In this document: positions 51,981-61,502 of the stretch, one piece after another | Position numbering within the stretch: the first letter of the stretch is position 1 | Layout of the letters: each line of letters starts with the position of its first letter | DNA from: Chloroflexota bacterium | GTDB taxonomy: Bacteria > Chloroflexota > Limnocylindria > Limnocylindrales > CSP1-4 | Direction: 5' to 3' | Length of the DNA: 64,000 nt | Assembly: GCA_034435355.1 (NCBI GenBank) | Contig: DAOTXE010000019.1 | Span: 9,026 to 73,025 of the forward strand | Notes under the pieces: model-generated | What the model was told of the DNA's origin: nothing | Database searches by the model: none | What the model saw: the letters and a program-made list of their open reading frames with translations, nothing else | Program-made: the position numbers and the translations under genes

Positions 51981-52762
51981 CCCGGGCTGCAGCCGCGCCT
52001 CCTGCTTCGACGGCTCGCGTCCCCGAGCTCTCCTACTTCTTCCCGGCCCACGACGAGGAGGCCAACCTCGAGGGCCTCGTCGAGGAGGCGCTGGCGGCAC
52101 TGCCCGCGCTCGCCGACCGCTTCGAGATCATCGCAGTCGACGATGGATCGAAGGACCGGACGGCCGAGATCGCCGACCGGCTCGCAGCCGCGAACCCGGG
52201 CGTCGTCCAGGTGGTTCATCACGCGACGAACCTCGGCTACGGCGCAGCGCTGCGCTCCGGCTTCGGCGCCGCCCGGTACGGCCTGGTCGCGTTCACCGAT
52301 GGCGACCGGCAGTTCCACGTGGTGGACCTCGGGCGGCTGACGGCCCGCCTGGCAGGCCCGGATCTCCCCGACGCGGTCGTCGGCTTCCGGATCCGGCGGG
52401 CGGATCCGGCCATCCGGACCCTCTATGCGCGCCTGTACCGGCTCGCCAACCGGATCTTCTTCAGGCTCCGGGTCCGCGACGTGGACTGCGCCTGCAAGCT
52501 CTTCCGGCGCGATGCACTGGCCGGTGTCCTCGTAGAGTCCGGCGGGGCGTTCTTCTCGGCGGAGCTGCTGATCAAGCTCGAGGCGGCGGGCCGGCGGGTC
52601 GTCGAGGTGGGGGTCGACCACTACCCGCGGACCGCGGGCTCACAGACGGGCGCGAAGCTTGCCGTGATCTGGCGTTCGGTCGTGGACTTCTGGAGCCTGC
52701 GCCTCCGGCTCTGGGCGAACCGGAAGGGAGCGCTCGCGCGGGGCTCGGCCATCGTCCGCTGA
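51977..52762 (+). CDS. GT2 glycosyltransferase, polyprenol-phosphate mannose synthase (Ppm1/DPM1)-like
   Basis: LSYFFPAHDEEANLEGLVEE...FEIIAVDDGSKDRTAEIA...LGYGAALRSGF...VAFTDGDRQF. Confidence 0.85.
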   Translation: MTRAAAAPPASTARVPELSYFFPAHDEEANLEGLVEEALAALPALADRFEIIAVDDGSKDRTAEIADRLAAANPGVVQVVHHATNLGYGAALRSGFGAARYGLVAFTDGDRQFHVVDLGRLTARLAGPDLPDAVVGFRIRRADPAIRTLYARLYRLANRIFFRLRVRDVDCACKLFRRDALAGVLVESGGAFFSAELLIKLEAAGRRVVEVGVDHYPRTAGSQTGAKLAVIWRSVVDFWSLRLRLWANRKGALARGSAIVR

Positions 52763-52823
52763 CGCCGTCCCCGGGGTGCCACCCGCGAGCGGGAACACGT
52801 TCCGGGCCCGGGGCTGCGCCCCG

Positions 52824-53366
52824 TCACTCGCGCGGCGGCCTCTCGCGTCGCTCGTCGGCGCCCGGGTCCACGTCCAGGGAATTCACGAAGTCGCGGAAGA
52901 CGGAGAGCTTCGACTCGTCGATCGGCCCCTCGTCCCCGGCGCCCTGTGCCCCGTGCTCGGGTTCGACGCCGGCACGGTCGAGCACGTCCTCGGCGGCGAA
53001 GATGCGGACGCCCGTTCGAACGGCGAGCGCGATCGCGTCCGAGGGCCGGGAGTCGACTTCGACCGGCCGCCCACCCGATTCCAGGATGATCCGGGCGCGG
53101 AAGGTGTCGTCGGCGAGGTCGGAGATGATCACCTCGCGCACGGTCGCCCCGAGCAGGTCGAGGATCGTCGCGAGAAGGTCGTGGGTGAGCGGCCGCTCCG
53201 GCGCCTGGCCCTGGAGCTTCATGGCGATCGCGCTTGCCTCCCACGGGCCGATCCAGATGGGCAGGTAGCGATCGCGCTCGAGCTCGCGGAGGATGACCAC
53301 GTGCTGGGTCGAGAGCATGTGGACCCGCACGCTCTCGACGGACATCTCGACGAGTCGGCCGGCCAT
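52824..53366 (-). CDS. bifunctional nuclease (BFN/DUF151) family protein
   Basis: VRVHMLSTQHVVILRELERDRYLPIWIGPWEASAIAMKL...RPSDAIALAVRTGVRIFAAEDVL. The ATG at 53366 comes after Arg-rich upstream junk. Confidence 0.75.
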   Translation of the reverse strand: MAGRLVEMSVESVRVHMLSTQHVVILRELERDRYLPIWIGPWEASAIAMKLQGQAPERPLTHDLLATILDLLGATVREVIISDLADDTFRARIILESGGRPVEVDSRPSDAIALAVRTGVRIFAAEDVLDRAGVEPEHGAQGAGDEGPIDESKLSVFRDFVNSLDVDPGADERRERPPRE

Positions 53367-53443
53367 GGCGGGATTATCCCACCTTGCATCCGTCCGGCGG
53401 TTGGCCGGGCGCCCGGGGTCGGACGGCCGTCGCCCCCCGGGGG

Positions 53444-55738
53444 CTACGGGGCCTTGGTCGGCCTGGGCGTCGCCGAGGCCTTCGGCCTGACTGACGGCCG
53501 GCTCGAGGGACCAGGCGTCCCGCCAGCCGCCGGGCTCGCGCCCGGCGAGCTGCCCGGCGTCACCGCCGGGACCGGCTCGAGGATCGCCGTGCCGAGGGTG
53601 GTGGCGTCGATCCAGAAGATCGCCGGCGCCTGCCCCGTGGCGCCCGGCTGCACGTAGAAGGCGCGTATCTGGCTCCACGCCGGGCTCCCGCCCGCGGGCC
53701 GGTACTGGGCCTCGTACGCCCCGGTCAGCTTGTCGAACGCCAGGATGCGCCCGTTCGCGGCGTCATAGACATACAGCGTCCCCTGGCGACGTGGGTCAGG
53801 CGAGTCGACGAGGGTGTAGGTGCGGATGGGGCGGAGGACGTCGTCGCCCGGGGATGCGAGCGACCAGCCGCCGGAGCTCCCACCGACGAGTCGCTCGACC
53901 ATGCCGTTGTCGGCCAGGTAGATCTCGCCGTCGATATACATCGACGTCACCTTGCTGATGTCCTGGGGTGTTGCGAGGTAGCCGGTTGCCGCTGCGGGGA
54001 AGCTCGACCCGTCGGCGAGCATGGTGTAGCGGAGGATCTGCTGCTGCGACGGCTCCAGGACGTACAGGTTGTAGAGCGCGGCGTCGAAGTTGGCGACGAA
54101 GGTGCCGATGCCGAGGATGTCGTTGCCCCAGGAGGCCGACTCCTGGACCGGGAGCCGGAGCAGGACGCCCTTCCCCGTCGTGTCCGTCGGGCGCCAGCGC
54201 CAGAGGATGTTCTTGTCGTCGAGGACGAGCAGGTCGGGCCCCCCGACGGCGAGGAGGCGCGGCACGCCGACCTTGATCCCGGCGCTCGCCACGGCCTGGC
54301 CGGCCTTGATGATCGGGACCGCCTTGCGTGCCCGCAGGTCGATCCGGTAGACGGCCCTCGTGGTGCGGTCCAGGACGTACGGCGCCCCGTCCGGCCCCTG
54401 GACGAGCCCGGCCAGGTCGAACGGCGGGTTCTGCGAGGCAAACGAGAAGGCGGCCTGCGGCGCCACCTCCACGACCCCGTACAGCCGGTCCAGCCCTGCC
54501 GTTGTTCGCGAGCGCAGCGGCCCCACGACCGACGCGGGGGTCCCGGCCGTGGCCGCAGCCGTCTCGTTCGTCAGGGCGTCCTTGAGCAGTTGCTCGGCGC
54601 GTTGCGGATCGGCAGCGATCAGGTCGGTCCCGTTGTCGAACACCAGCCGCACGTCGTCTTTCGCGGCCGCCAGGGCCTTCTCGCCGGCGTTGATCTGCGG
54701 GATCTGGGTGGTGCCGCCCGACCCGCCGACCACCCACAGGCCGAGGCCGAGCACGGCGGCGATGCCCACGAACGCGAGCGCGGCGACGGCGGCTCGCCGC
54801 TGGGTCTCGCGGCGGGTTGCGGCGGGCGTGACCCGCCGGTACCGGGCGCCCCGCCGAGGGAGGATGTCCTGGGCCCGCCCGACGAGCCTGGCGAGCGCGC
54901 TGCCGGCCGCGCTGCGTGCCCGGGTGGCCCTCGACGAAACGGCGGCCACCCCGTCTCCGACCGAATCCGCGAGGGGGATCGGCGACCGGTCCGGGTGGCC
55001 GGCGAGCGGCTGGGCCGGGCGCAGCGGAACCAGTCGCCCGCGCTGGGCCGTGGCCGGCACCTCGTCGGCCTCGAGAGCAAGCGCGGCGTCGCTGCCCGTG
55101 CCCCCGGCCGCGACGAATCGATGATGCAGGTGCTCCATCGCCGCCTGGGGGTGCAGCGTCACGACGGCATCCTTGAGCTCGTCCGCGCCCAGCTTCGCCG
55201 TGACGTTGGTGGAGACGAGGACGAGCGAGTCCCGGACCGCGATCTCGCCCCGCCAGACGACCGGCGCCGGGTCCTCCATCGGGAGGCCGCGCTCCCGCCC
55301 TGCGTCGGGCAGGGTCATGAGGTGCGCCTGGCGGACGAGGTAGGCCTCCACGGGACCGGTCGTGACCACGTAGAGCTCGTTGCTCCGGACCACGGCCAGG
55401 CCGATCCCGATGGGACCGGTCGGCCCGTCGCCGAGCGCGAGCCGGTCCCGCTGGGCGAGGAGGCGGCGGTTCGCCGCTCGGACAGCCTTCTCGAGGCAGA
55501 CGACGAGGCCCGCGGACTCGTCGTAGTAGTACTCGCCCTGGATGGTGTCGGCGACGAGGCGGACGGCCTCGCGCAGTCGCCGTCCCTTGCCGACGCCGGT
55601 CACGACGAGGAAGAGGCTCCCCTTGGAGCGGGCCGTCGCGCCGATCGTCGGCTCGACGATGACGACGGTGTCCGGGGAGTCCTCGAGCCGCTCGGTCTCG
55701 GCCACCAGGCCGAGCTTCATCTGCAGTCGGACGGCCAT
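53444..55738 (-). CDS. membrane-anchored protein: cytoplasmic PP2C-like domain (catalytic Asp motifs apparently replaced) - TM helix - large extracytoplasmic domain with Pro/Ser/Thr-rich tail
   Basis: GSLFLVVTGVGKG aligns to DGMGG. GIGLAVVRSNELYVVTTGPVEAYLV aligns to the GDSR strand. The TM helix is AAVAALAFVGIAAVLGLGLWVV. About 400 aa of extracytoplasmic domain follow. Confidence 0.55.
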   Translation of the reverse strand: MAVRLQMKLGLVAETERLEDSPDTVVIVEPTIGATARSKGSLFLVVTGVGKGRRLREAVRLVADTIQGEYYYDESAGLVVCLEKAVRAANRRLLAQRDRLALGDGPTGPIGIGLAVVRSNELYVVTTGPVEAYLVRQAHLMTLPDAGRERGLPMEDPAPVVWRGEIAVRDSLVLVSTNVTAKLGADELKDAVVTLHPQAAMEHLHHRFVAAGGTGSDAALALEADEVPATAQRGRLVPLRPAQPLAGHPDRSPIPLADSVGDGVAAVSSRATRARSAAGSALARLVGRAQDILPRRGARYRRVTPAATRRETQRRAAVAALAFVGIAAVLGLGLWVVGGSGGTTQIPQINAGEKALAAAKDDVRLVFDNGTDLIAADPQRAEQLLKDALTNETAAATAGTPASVVGPLRSRTTAGLDRLYGVVEVAPQAAFSFASQNPPFDLAGLVQGPDGAPYVLDRTTRAVYRIDLRARKAVPIIKAGQAVASAGIKVGVPRLLAVGGPDLLVLDDKNILWRWRPTDTTGKGVLLRLPVQESASWGNDILGIGTFVANFDAALYNLYVLEPSQQQILRYTMLADGSSFPAAATGYLATPQDISKVTSMYIDGEIYLADNGMVERLVGGSSGGWSLASPGDDVLRPIRTYTLVDSPDPRRQGTLYVYDAANGRILAFDKLTGAYEAQYRPAGGSPAWSQIRAFYVQPGATGQAPAIFWIDATTLGTAILEPVPAVTPGSSPGASPAAGGTPGPSSRPSVRPKASATPRPTKAP

Positions 55739-55826
55739 GCGATTCGTCGGACCTGACGCTCGGGGGCGGGCTGGCGTGACGCCGGAGATGGACGGCAGCA
55801 GTGCGCGGCGAGGTTGCCCGCCGGGG

Positions 55827-56186
55827 TCACCGGATGATACCCCTGCCCACCACCACCCGCAGTGACTCGGCCCGGACCCCGTCGGGCATCTCCGCGAACC
55901 CTTCCAGGAGCTCGGCCGCACGGAGGACCAGCTCCTGGCCGACGATCGGGGCGCCCACATCGACGATCAGGGTGCCGTCCCGCTCCAGGCGCACCGCCCG
56001 GGACCCGCCCGCTGCCGCCGGTACGCGCGCCTGCACCAGCCGCTCCCACGCTGCGGCCGCCCGCGCCCACCGGAGCTGCTCCTCCAGGCCGAGGGCCCGC
56101 GCCGCCTCGGGGAGGAGGTCGCCGACGCGGCTGATCGGCCGCCTGCGCGGGACGCGGCGGTCGTCGTCGGGTCGTGCGGGGGACAT
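55827..56186 (-). CDS. DUF721 (DciA-like) protein downstream of recF
   Basis: RVGDLLPEAARALGLEEQLRWARAAAAWERLV...LERDGTLIVDVGAPIVGQELVL. Its position after dnaN-recF is typical for this family. Confidence 0.7.
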   Translation of the reverse strand: MSPARPDDDRRVPRRRPISRVGDLLPEAARALGLEEQLRWARAAAAWERLVQARVPAAAGGSRAVRLERDGTLIVDVGAPIVGQELVLRAAELLEGFAEMPDGVRAESLRVVVGRGIIR

Positions 56187-56196
56187 CGAACGCCCT

Positions 56197-57336
56197 TCAG
56201 GCGGCCGGCGGCCCGACGAGCCGGGGGCCCAGCAGCGCGTCCGGGACCACCTCCCAGGCCGCCCCGATCGCCCGCAGGACGGGGTCCACGTCGTCGAGCG
56301 TGGTCGTCGTGATGAACGCCTGCGGCAGGCCGGCGATCCGGCGGACGAGGTGGCTGCGGCGCACGGGGTCGAGCTCGCTGAAGACGTCGTCGAGGAGGAG
56401 GAGCGGGGGCCGCCCGTCGTGCGCGGTCAGCAGATCGAGCTCGGCGAGCTTCAGGGCGAGGATGGCGGTTCGCTGCTGTCCGCGCGAGGCGAACGTGGCG
56501 AGGTCGCGCCCATCGAGCCGGAAGGCGACGTCGTCCCGGTGCGGGCCGACGAGGGTCGTCCCGTTCCAGGCCTCCTTCTCGGCGGTCTCCGCGAGCCGCC
56601 GGGCCAGGGCCTCCCCGGCCGTCTCGGCGGACCCCGGAACCACGTTGCTCTCGTAGGTCACGGACAGGTGCCCCTCGTCGGTCGCGATCTCCGCGTGGGC
56701 TGCCGCGAGCGGCCCGGCTAGCTCGGCGAGCGTCCGGCACCGTCCGTCGAGGACCGCCGCCCCGGATTCGATCAGCTTCGCGTCCCAGGGTGGCAGCTGC
56801 TCCGGCGTTGCGCTCTCCTCGCGGATCGCCCGCAGGAGCGCGTTTCGCTGGGCCAGCACGCGACCATACGCGGCGAGGTCCGCCACATACGTGGGCATGC
56901 GCTGCGCGGCGAGCGCGTCCAGGGTGGCGCGCCGCAGGGAGGGCGGGCCGGCGACGAGCAGCATCTCTTCCGGCCCAAACACGACGACCCGCATGAGCCC
57001 GGCCAGCCCGGAGGTGCGGCGCGGGATCCCGTTGACCCGGATCCGCTTCCGTCCCCCGGCGGGACCGTCCCGGAGCAGCGTCACGTCCAGCTCGAGCGGG
57101 TCGAGGCCGGGGAGCTCGCGCCGCGTTTCGATCCGCGCGAACCGGGCGCCCCAGCGGATCAGCTCGCCGTCCACCTGGGTTCGGTGGGACGAGCCGCGCG
57201 CACAGACGACGAGGGCTTCGAGCAGGCTCGTCTTGCCGGCCGCGTTCGGGCCCCAGACGAGATGGGCGCCCGGCCCGAACGTCGCCGCCAGCACCGCGTA
57301 GCCGCGGAAGTCGGTCACCGAGATCGAGGTGCGCAC
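56197..57336 (-). CDS. recF: DNA replication/repair protein RecF
   Basis: GPNAAGKTSLLEALV is the Walker A motif, and LLLLDDVFSELD is the ABC-ATPase signature. Confidence 0.9.
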   Translation of the reverse strand: MRTSISVTDFRGYAVLAATFGPGAHLVWGPNAAGKTSLLEALVVCARGSSHRTQVDGELIRWGARFARIETRRELPGLDPLELDVTLLRDGPAGGRKRIRVNGIPRRTSGLAGLMRVVVFGPEEMLLVAGPPSLRRATLDALAAQRMPTYVADLAAYGRVLAQRNALLRAIREESATPEQLPPWDAKLIESGAAVLDGRCRTLAELAGPLAAAHAEIATDEGHLSVTYESNVVPGSAETAGEALARRLAETAEKEAWNGTTLVGPHRDDVAFRLDGRDLATFASRGQQRTAILALKLAELDLLTAHDGRPPLLLLDDVFSELDPVRRSHLVRRIAGLPQAFITTTTLDDVDPVLRAIGAAWEVVPDALLGPRLVGPPAA

Positions 57337-57377
57337 GGGGGCCGGTGCGGCCGGTCCTCCGGCCGCCGGGTGGCCGT

Positions 57378-58496
57378 TTACGACGTCGTCCGGACCGGCA
57401 TGACGACGTGCGTGTAGTCGCGCCCGTCCGCCGGCCGGAAGACGCCTGGCGCGAGCGGCCCGTTCAGCTCGATCACGAAGCGGTCCGTGTCGACGTTCTG
57501 CAGGGCGTCGCTCAGGTAGCGCGCGTTGAAGGCGATCGTCGTCCCGTCGCCCTCGATGGTGGCGTCGACGAGGCCGCGGTGGTCGCCGACCTCGGCAGCG
57601 GCGGCCACCAGCACCTGGGCCGCTCCCTCCGGGGCAATCTGCATGCGCACGATGTTGGCGGACGAGCTCGCGATGTACCCGGCGAGGCGCACGGCCTTGA
57701 GGAGGTCGTCCCGGTCCACCTCCACCCGTGTCGCATGCGACGCCGGCAGGACCTGCTGGTAGTTGGGGAACTGGCCGTCGATGAGCCGGCTGACGACGTC
57801 CACGCCCTCGACGTGGAAGAGGATCTGGTTCTTCTGCGGCGAGAGGATCAGCTCGACGGGGTCGTCCGTGTCGGCGAGGACGCGGGCGAGCTCGGCATAC
57901 GAGCGGGCCGGGACCACGATGCTCGTCTCCTCGACGGCGTCGAGGGTCGGGATCGTGGTGATGGCGATCCGGTAGTTGTCCGCCGCGGCCAGGGTGAGGC
58001 GATCGCCCTCGAAGCGGGTGAGCACCCCGGTCAGGATCGGGCGCGCTTCATCGGACGCGGCCGCAAAGGTCACCTCGGCGAGCGCGCGGCGGAGTACCCG
58101 CTGGCTGATCCGCGTGGTGGGCCGCTCACCCGCGGCAGGGATGGCCGGGAACTCCTCGGCGTCGATGCCCCGCAGCGTGGTCTCGAAATGGCCGGCCCTG
58201 ATGTACAGGTGGTCGCCGCCCCGGAGCTCGAGATCAACGCGCTCCTGCGACGGGAGGCCGCCGATGATCTCGGCAAACAGGCGGGCCGGCACGGTGATGG
58301 CGCCATCGGTCTCGATCCGGCCCGGCACCCAGTAGGTGATCCCGATCTCGAGGTTGGTCGCGGTGAGCTTGAGACCGGCGTCCTCCGTCCGCAGCAGGAC
58401 GTTGGCCAGGACCGGCAGCGTGCTGCGCCCGGAGACGGCGTGGCCGACGACGGAGAGGCCGCGGGCGAGGTTCTCGCAGATGACCGAGAGGTTCAC
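57378..58496 (-). CDS. dnaN: DNA polymerase III beta sliding clamp
   Basis: Three-domain clamp, MNLSVICENLARGLSVVGHAVS...RLTLAAADNYR. GTG start. Confidence 0.9.
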   Translation of the reverse strand: MNLSVICENLARGLSVVGHAVSGRSTLPVLANVLLRTEDAGLKLTATNLEIGITYWVPGRIETDGAITVPARLFAEIIGGLPSQERVDLELRGGDHLYIRAGHFETTLRGIDAEEFPAIPAAGERPTTRISQRVLRRALAEVTFAAASDEARPILTGVLTRFEGDRLTLAAADNYRIAITTIPTLDAVEETSIVVPARSYAELARVLADTDDPVELILSPQKNQILFHVEGVDVVSRLIDGQFPNYQQVLPASHATRVEVDRDDLLKAVRLAGYIASSSANIVRMQIAPEGAAQVLVAAAAEVGDHRGLVDATIEGDGTTIAFNARYLSDALQNVDTDRFVIELNGPLAPGVFRPADGRDYTHVVMPVRTTS

Positions 58497-58948
58497 AGGC
58501 TCGTCACTCCGGGTGATCGGAACCGGGGCGGGCGGGGTCTGTCAGCCGGGCCCGGAGGCAACCGATTCGTGGTTTGGTGCATCCTCGCATATCGAGTCAT
58601 CACCGTCGTCATCATGGTGTTGATGCCGTGGATGAACGTGCGCGCTCGTGCGCAGGGCCGCGGTGCACGGAGGCCGCGCCGAGGTGGACGAAGCCCCGGG
58701 AGCGGTGTGTTCGCATGAGCCGACAGCGTGGACGAGCTGTCGCCGCCGATCCAGGATGTGCCGACGCGCGCGGTCGCCTGCCCTGATCGTCCCCCGCGAG
58801 AGGCGTCGCCGCGAGCCGCATTTTCCACACGCGGGGAGGGTTTTCCACTGAATTCGACCGTTTTTCCACACGCAGGCGGCGCGGCGGGCGCTGTCACCGG
58901 CATGCCGAGCGCCGCCGGGCCCGGCGGGATCCGTCGCGCAGCCGGTCG
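58497..58948. other. candidate oriC in dnaA-dnaN intergenic region: phased DnaA-box-like 9-mers and locally AT-enriched stretch
   Basis: TTTTCCACA at 58821, TTTTCCACT at 58841 and TTTTCCACA at 58862 are in the same orientation at about 20-21 bp spacing. Opposite-strand T(T/C)CGTCCAC-like sites sit at about 58627, 58683 and 58726. The segment 58578-58626 is AT-enriched relative to the genome. Confidence 0.55.
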
Positions 58949-60406
58949 TCAGTCGGCGTAGATCAGCTCTCGGACCGCGGCGATGTCGCGGCGCATCTCG
59001 TCGTTGATGGCCGCCTCCCGGTTGATCTTGTCGTAGGCATGGAGGACGGTCGAGTGGTCCCGTCCCCCGAGCTCGGCCCCGATGCGCAGCAGGGAGACGT
59101 CGGTCTCCTCGCGCATCAGGAACATCGCGATCTGGCGGGGCGTGACGATCGCCTTGTCGCGCTTCTGGCCACGGAGCGCCTCGAGCCCGACCCCGTAGTA
59201 GTCGGCGACCGCCCGGGCGATCTTCTCCGTGGTGACCTGGCGCTTCTTGGGGTTGTAGAGAACGTTCGAAAGGACGGCCTGGGTGAGCTCGATCGTGATC
59301 GGCATGGCGCCCATGCTCGCGTACGCGACGACGCGATTGAGCGCGCCCTCGAGCTCGCGGATGTTGCTGAGGACCTTGCGCGCGATGAACTCGATGACGT
59401 CCGAGCCGATCGGGACGGCAGAGTCCTCGGCCTTTGCCCGGAGGATGGCGATCCGTGTCTCGAGGTCCGGCGCGGTGAGGTCGGCGATCAGGCCCCACTC
59501 GAAACGGCTTCGAAGCCGCTCCTCGAGGGTGATGATCTGCTTGGGCGGGCGGTCCGACGAGAGCACGATCTGCTTGCCATCCTCGTGGATGGCATTGAAG
59601 GTGTGGAAGAACTCCTCCTGGGTCCGCTCCTTGTCGGCGATGAACTGGATGTCGTCGATCAGGAGCAGGTCGATCCGCCGGTAGCGGGAGCGGAAGTCGT
59701 CGATCCGGCCCTGCTGGATGCTCGTGATGAACTCGTTGGTGAACTTCTCGCTCGTCGCGTAGACGACCCGCTTGCGCGGGAAGCGGGCCACCACCGCGTT
59801 CCCGATCGCGTGCATCAGGTGGGTCTTGCCGAGGCCGACGCCGCCATACAGGAAGAGCGGGTTGTAGGCATGTCCCGGGCGCTCGGCCACGGATAGGGCC
59901 GCAGCGTGGGCCAGGCGGTTGGCCGACCCGACGATGAAGTTCGAGAACGTGTAGCGCGGGTTGACGTTGGCCGCGGAGCCGTCGCCACCGACCCGCGTCG
60001 GCTCCACGCGAACGTCGGCCGGCGCCCCGGCGGACTGCTCCGTGCCGGGCTCTCCGATCGCGGCGTCGGCCCGCACGATGAACTCGACCGCGACGCTGTA
60101 GCCGACGATCCGGGCGAGGGTCTGGGAGATCAGCGAGCGGTAGCGCGTCTCCAGCCAGTCCTTGGCGAACCCATTCGGGACGGCGATCCGGAACCGCGTG
60201 TCGTCGACCTCCACCAGCGAGGTGTGGCGCAGCCACGTCTCGAAGTTTGCCGGCGAGAGGGCGACCTGGAGCTCCCCGAGGGCCGCGCGCCAGATGTGTC
60301 GTGTATCCAACGGACGGACCTGCTTGACCCGGACGCACGGCCCGGAGGTGATTCTCGGCGGCCGGTCCCGGGCAGGGCAAACCGGACGGTAGGGGCACAG
60401 AATCAT
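58949..60406 (-). CDS. dnaA: chromosomal replication initiator DnaA
   Basis: [14 protein letters not shown]...[18 protein letters not shown]+ [15 protein letters not shown], and C-terminal DNA-binding [32 protein letters not shown]. The ATG at 60406 has a GGAAGAGG upstream. An alternative TTG about 35 codons in gives the typical [11 protein letters not shown] start. Confidence 0.9.
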   Translation of the reverse strand: MILCPYRPVCPARDRPPRITSGPCVRVKQVRPLDTRHIWRAALGELQVALSPANFETWLRHTSLVEVDDTRFRIAVPNGFAKDWLETRYRSLISQTLARIVGYSVAVEFIVRADAAIGEPGTEQSAGAPADVRVEPTRVGGDGSAANVNPRYTFSNFIVGSANRLAHAAALSVAERPGHAYNPLFLYGGVGLGKTHLMHAIGNAVVARFPRKRVVYATSEKFTNEFITSIQQGRIDDFRSRYRRIDLLLIDDIQFIADKERTQEEFFHTFNAIHEDGKQIVLSSDRPPKQIITLEERLRSRFEWGLIADLTAPDLETRIAILRAKAEDSAVPIGSDVIEFIARKVLSNIRELEGALNRVVAYASMGAMPITIELTQAVLSNVLYNPKKRQVTTEKIARAVADYYGVGLEALRGQKRDKAIVTPRQIAMFLMREETDVSLLRIGAELGGRDHSTVLHAYDKINREAAINDEMRRDIAAVRELIYAD

Positions 60407-60560
60407 AGAAGGAGCCTCTTCCAGCCTTGCTGGAGGAGCGCTCCCGGGCCGGCCCCGGGGCTCACCCGGGTCTGCCCGCAGGCGTCCCGGCGACCGTGGG
60501 CCGGGGCATGGTAGCACCGCCCGGGTCGGCCCCGCAAGGCGATCCGGCACCCAAAGCGCG

Positions 60561-60577
60561 ATACTCCCAGGGAGTAT
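60561..60577. repeat. perfect palindrome ATACTCCCAGGGAGTAT followed by TTTT in dnaA/rpmH divergent control region
   Basis: Read directly from the sequence. It is AT-rich relative to its surroundings. Confidence 0.7.
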
Positions 60578-60650
60578 TTTAACGCGGCCGCACGTGGGCC
60601 GCTCGAGCCGCGGCCGGGCACCTGGCGGCACTATCGAGGCGCAGCTTCGT

Positions 60651-60680
60651 TTGACACTTCCGAGGGCGCGTTCCTATAAT
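60651..60680 (+). promoter_or_regulatory. near-consensus sigma70-type promoter TTGACA-18-TATAAT for rpmH operon
   Basis: TTGACA at 60651-60656 and TATAAT at 60675-60680, about 110 nt upstream of the rpmH ATG. Confidence 0.5.
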
Positions 60681-60793
60681 CGGCCGGCGTCGACGCGCCT
60701 CGCGCCACCGTGCGTGCGGCGCGTTCATGTGCCTTCTGGGGGACGAAGCGACCGAGACCCCTGGGGCCGGACGGTTGAGGTTCACGACACCCG

Positions 60794-60928
60794 ATGAAGC
60801 AGACCTACCAGCCGAAGAAGCGCCATCGCGCAAAGGAGCACGGCTTCCGCGCCCGGATGAAGACGACCGGGGGCCGTCGGGTGCTCGCCGCGCGCCGCGC
60901 TCGAGGCCGAAAGCAGCTGACGGCCTGA
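60794..60928 (+). CDS. rpmH: 50S ribosomal protein L34
   Basis: [44 protein letters not shown], 44 aa. It is below the ORF-track size cutoff and was found by reading the frame. Confidence 0.85.
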   Translation: MKQTYQPKKRHRAKEHGFRARMKTTGGRRVLAARRARGRKQLTA

Positions 60929-60963
60929 CTGCCACCGCGGGCCGCGATCACCGCCGGCTCGCC

Positions 60964-61299
60964 ATGCTCACCCGGCCGGCAGACTTCACGGCGCTCCAGG
61001 TATCCAGGACCACGCGGTCCAACCCGCTCATGACCGCTCGATTTCGCCGTACGGACCTCGACGAAGTCCGCTTCGGCTTCGCGACCGGCCGAACTCTCGG
61101 GGGAGCCGTGATCAGGAACCGGACGCGGCGACGGATCAGGGAGGCACTCAGGGTGATGGCGCCTTCGCTCCAGCCCGGTTGGGACGTGCTCATCATCGCC
61201 CGGCCGGCGCTCGTGGCCGCGGACCACCGGGCGCTCGTCGAAGTACTGGAACGGCTCCTCCGGCGCGGAGGGGTCCTGGGAGGACCGACGCCCTCGTGA
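60964..61299 (+). CDS. rnpA: ribonuclease P protein component
   Basis: FGFATGRTLGGAVIRNRTRRRIREALR...GWDVLIIARP. Position after rpmH. Confidence 0.8.
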   Translation: MLTRPADFTALQVSRTTRSNPLMTARFRRTDLDEVRFGFATGRTLGGAVIRNRTRRRIREALRVMAPSLQPGWDVLIIARPALVAADHRALVEVLERLLRRGGVLGGPTPS

Positions 61300-61502
61300 A
61301 GCGGATCGGAATCGGGCTCATCCGGCTCTACCGGATCGTGTTCGCGTGGCTTCCGTCGAGCTGCCGTTTCTACCCCACCTGCTCCCGCTACACCGAGCAG
61401 GCGATCGACAAGTACGGCCTCATCCGCGGAAGCTGGATGGGAGCGCGGCGGATCGCGCGCTGCCATCCCTGGAACCCCGGCGGCTATGACCCGGTCCGCT
61501 AG
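61296..61502 (+). CDS. yidD: membrane protein insertion efficiency factor YidD
   Basis: LIRLYRIVFAWLPSSCRFYPTCSRYTEQAIDKYGLIRGSWMGARRIARCHPWNPGGYDP. GTGA overlap with rnpA. Confidence 0.8.
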   Translation: MKRIGIGLIRLYRIVFAWLPSSCRFYPTCSRYTEQAIDKYGLIRGSWMGARRIARCHPWNPGGYDPVR

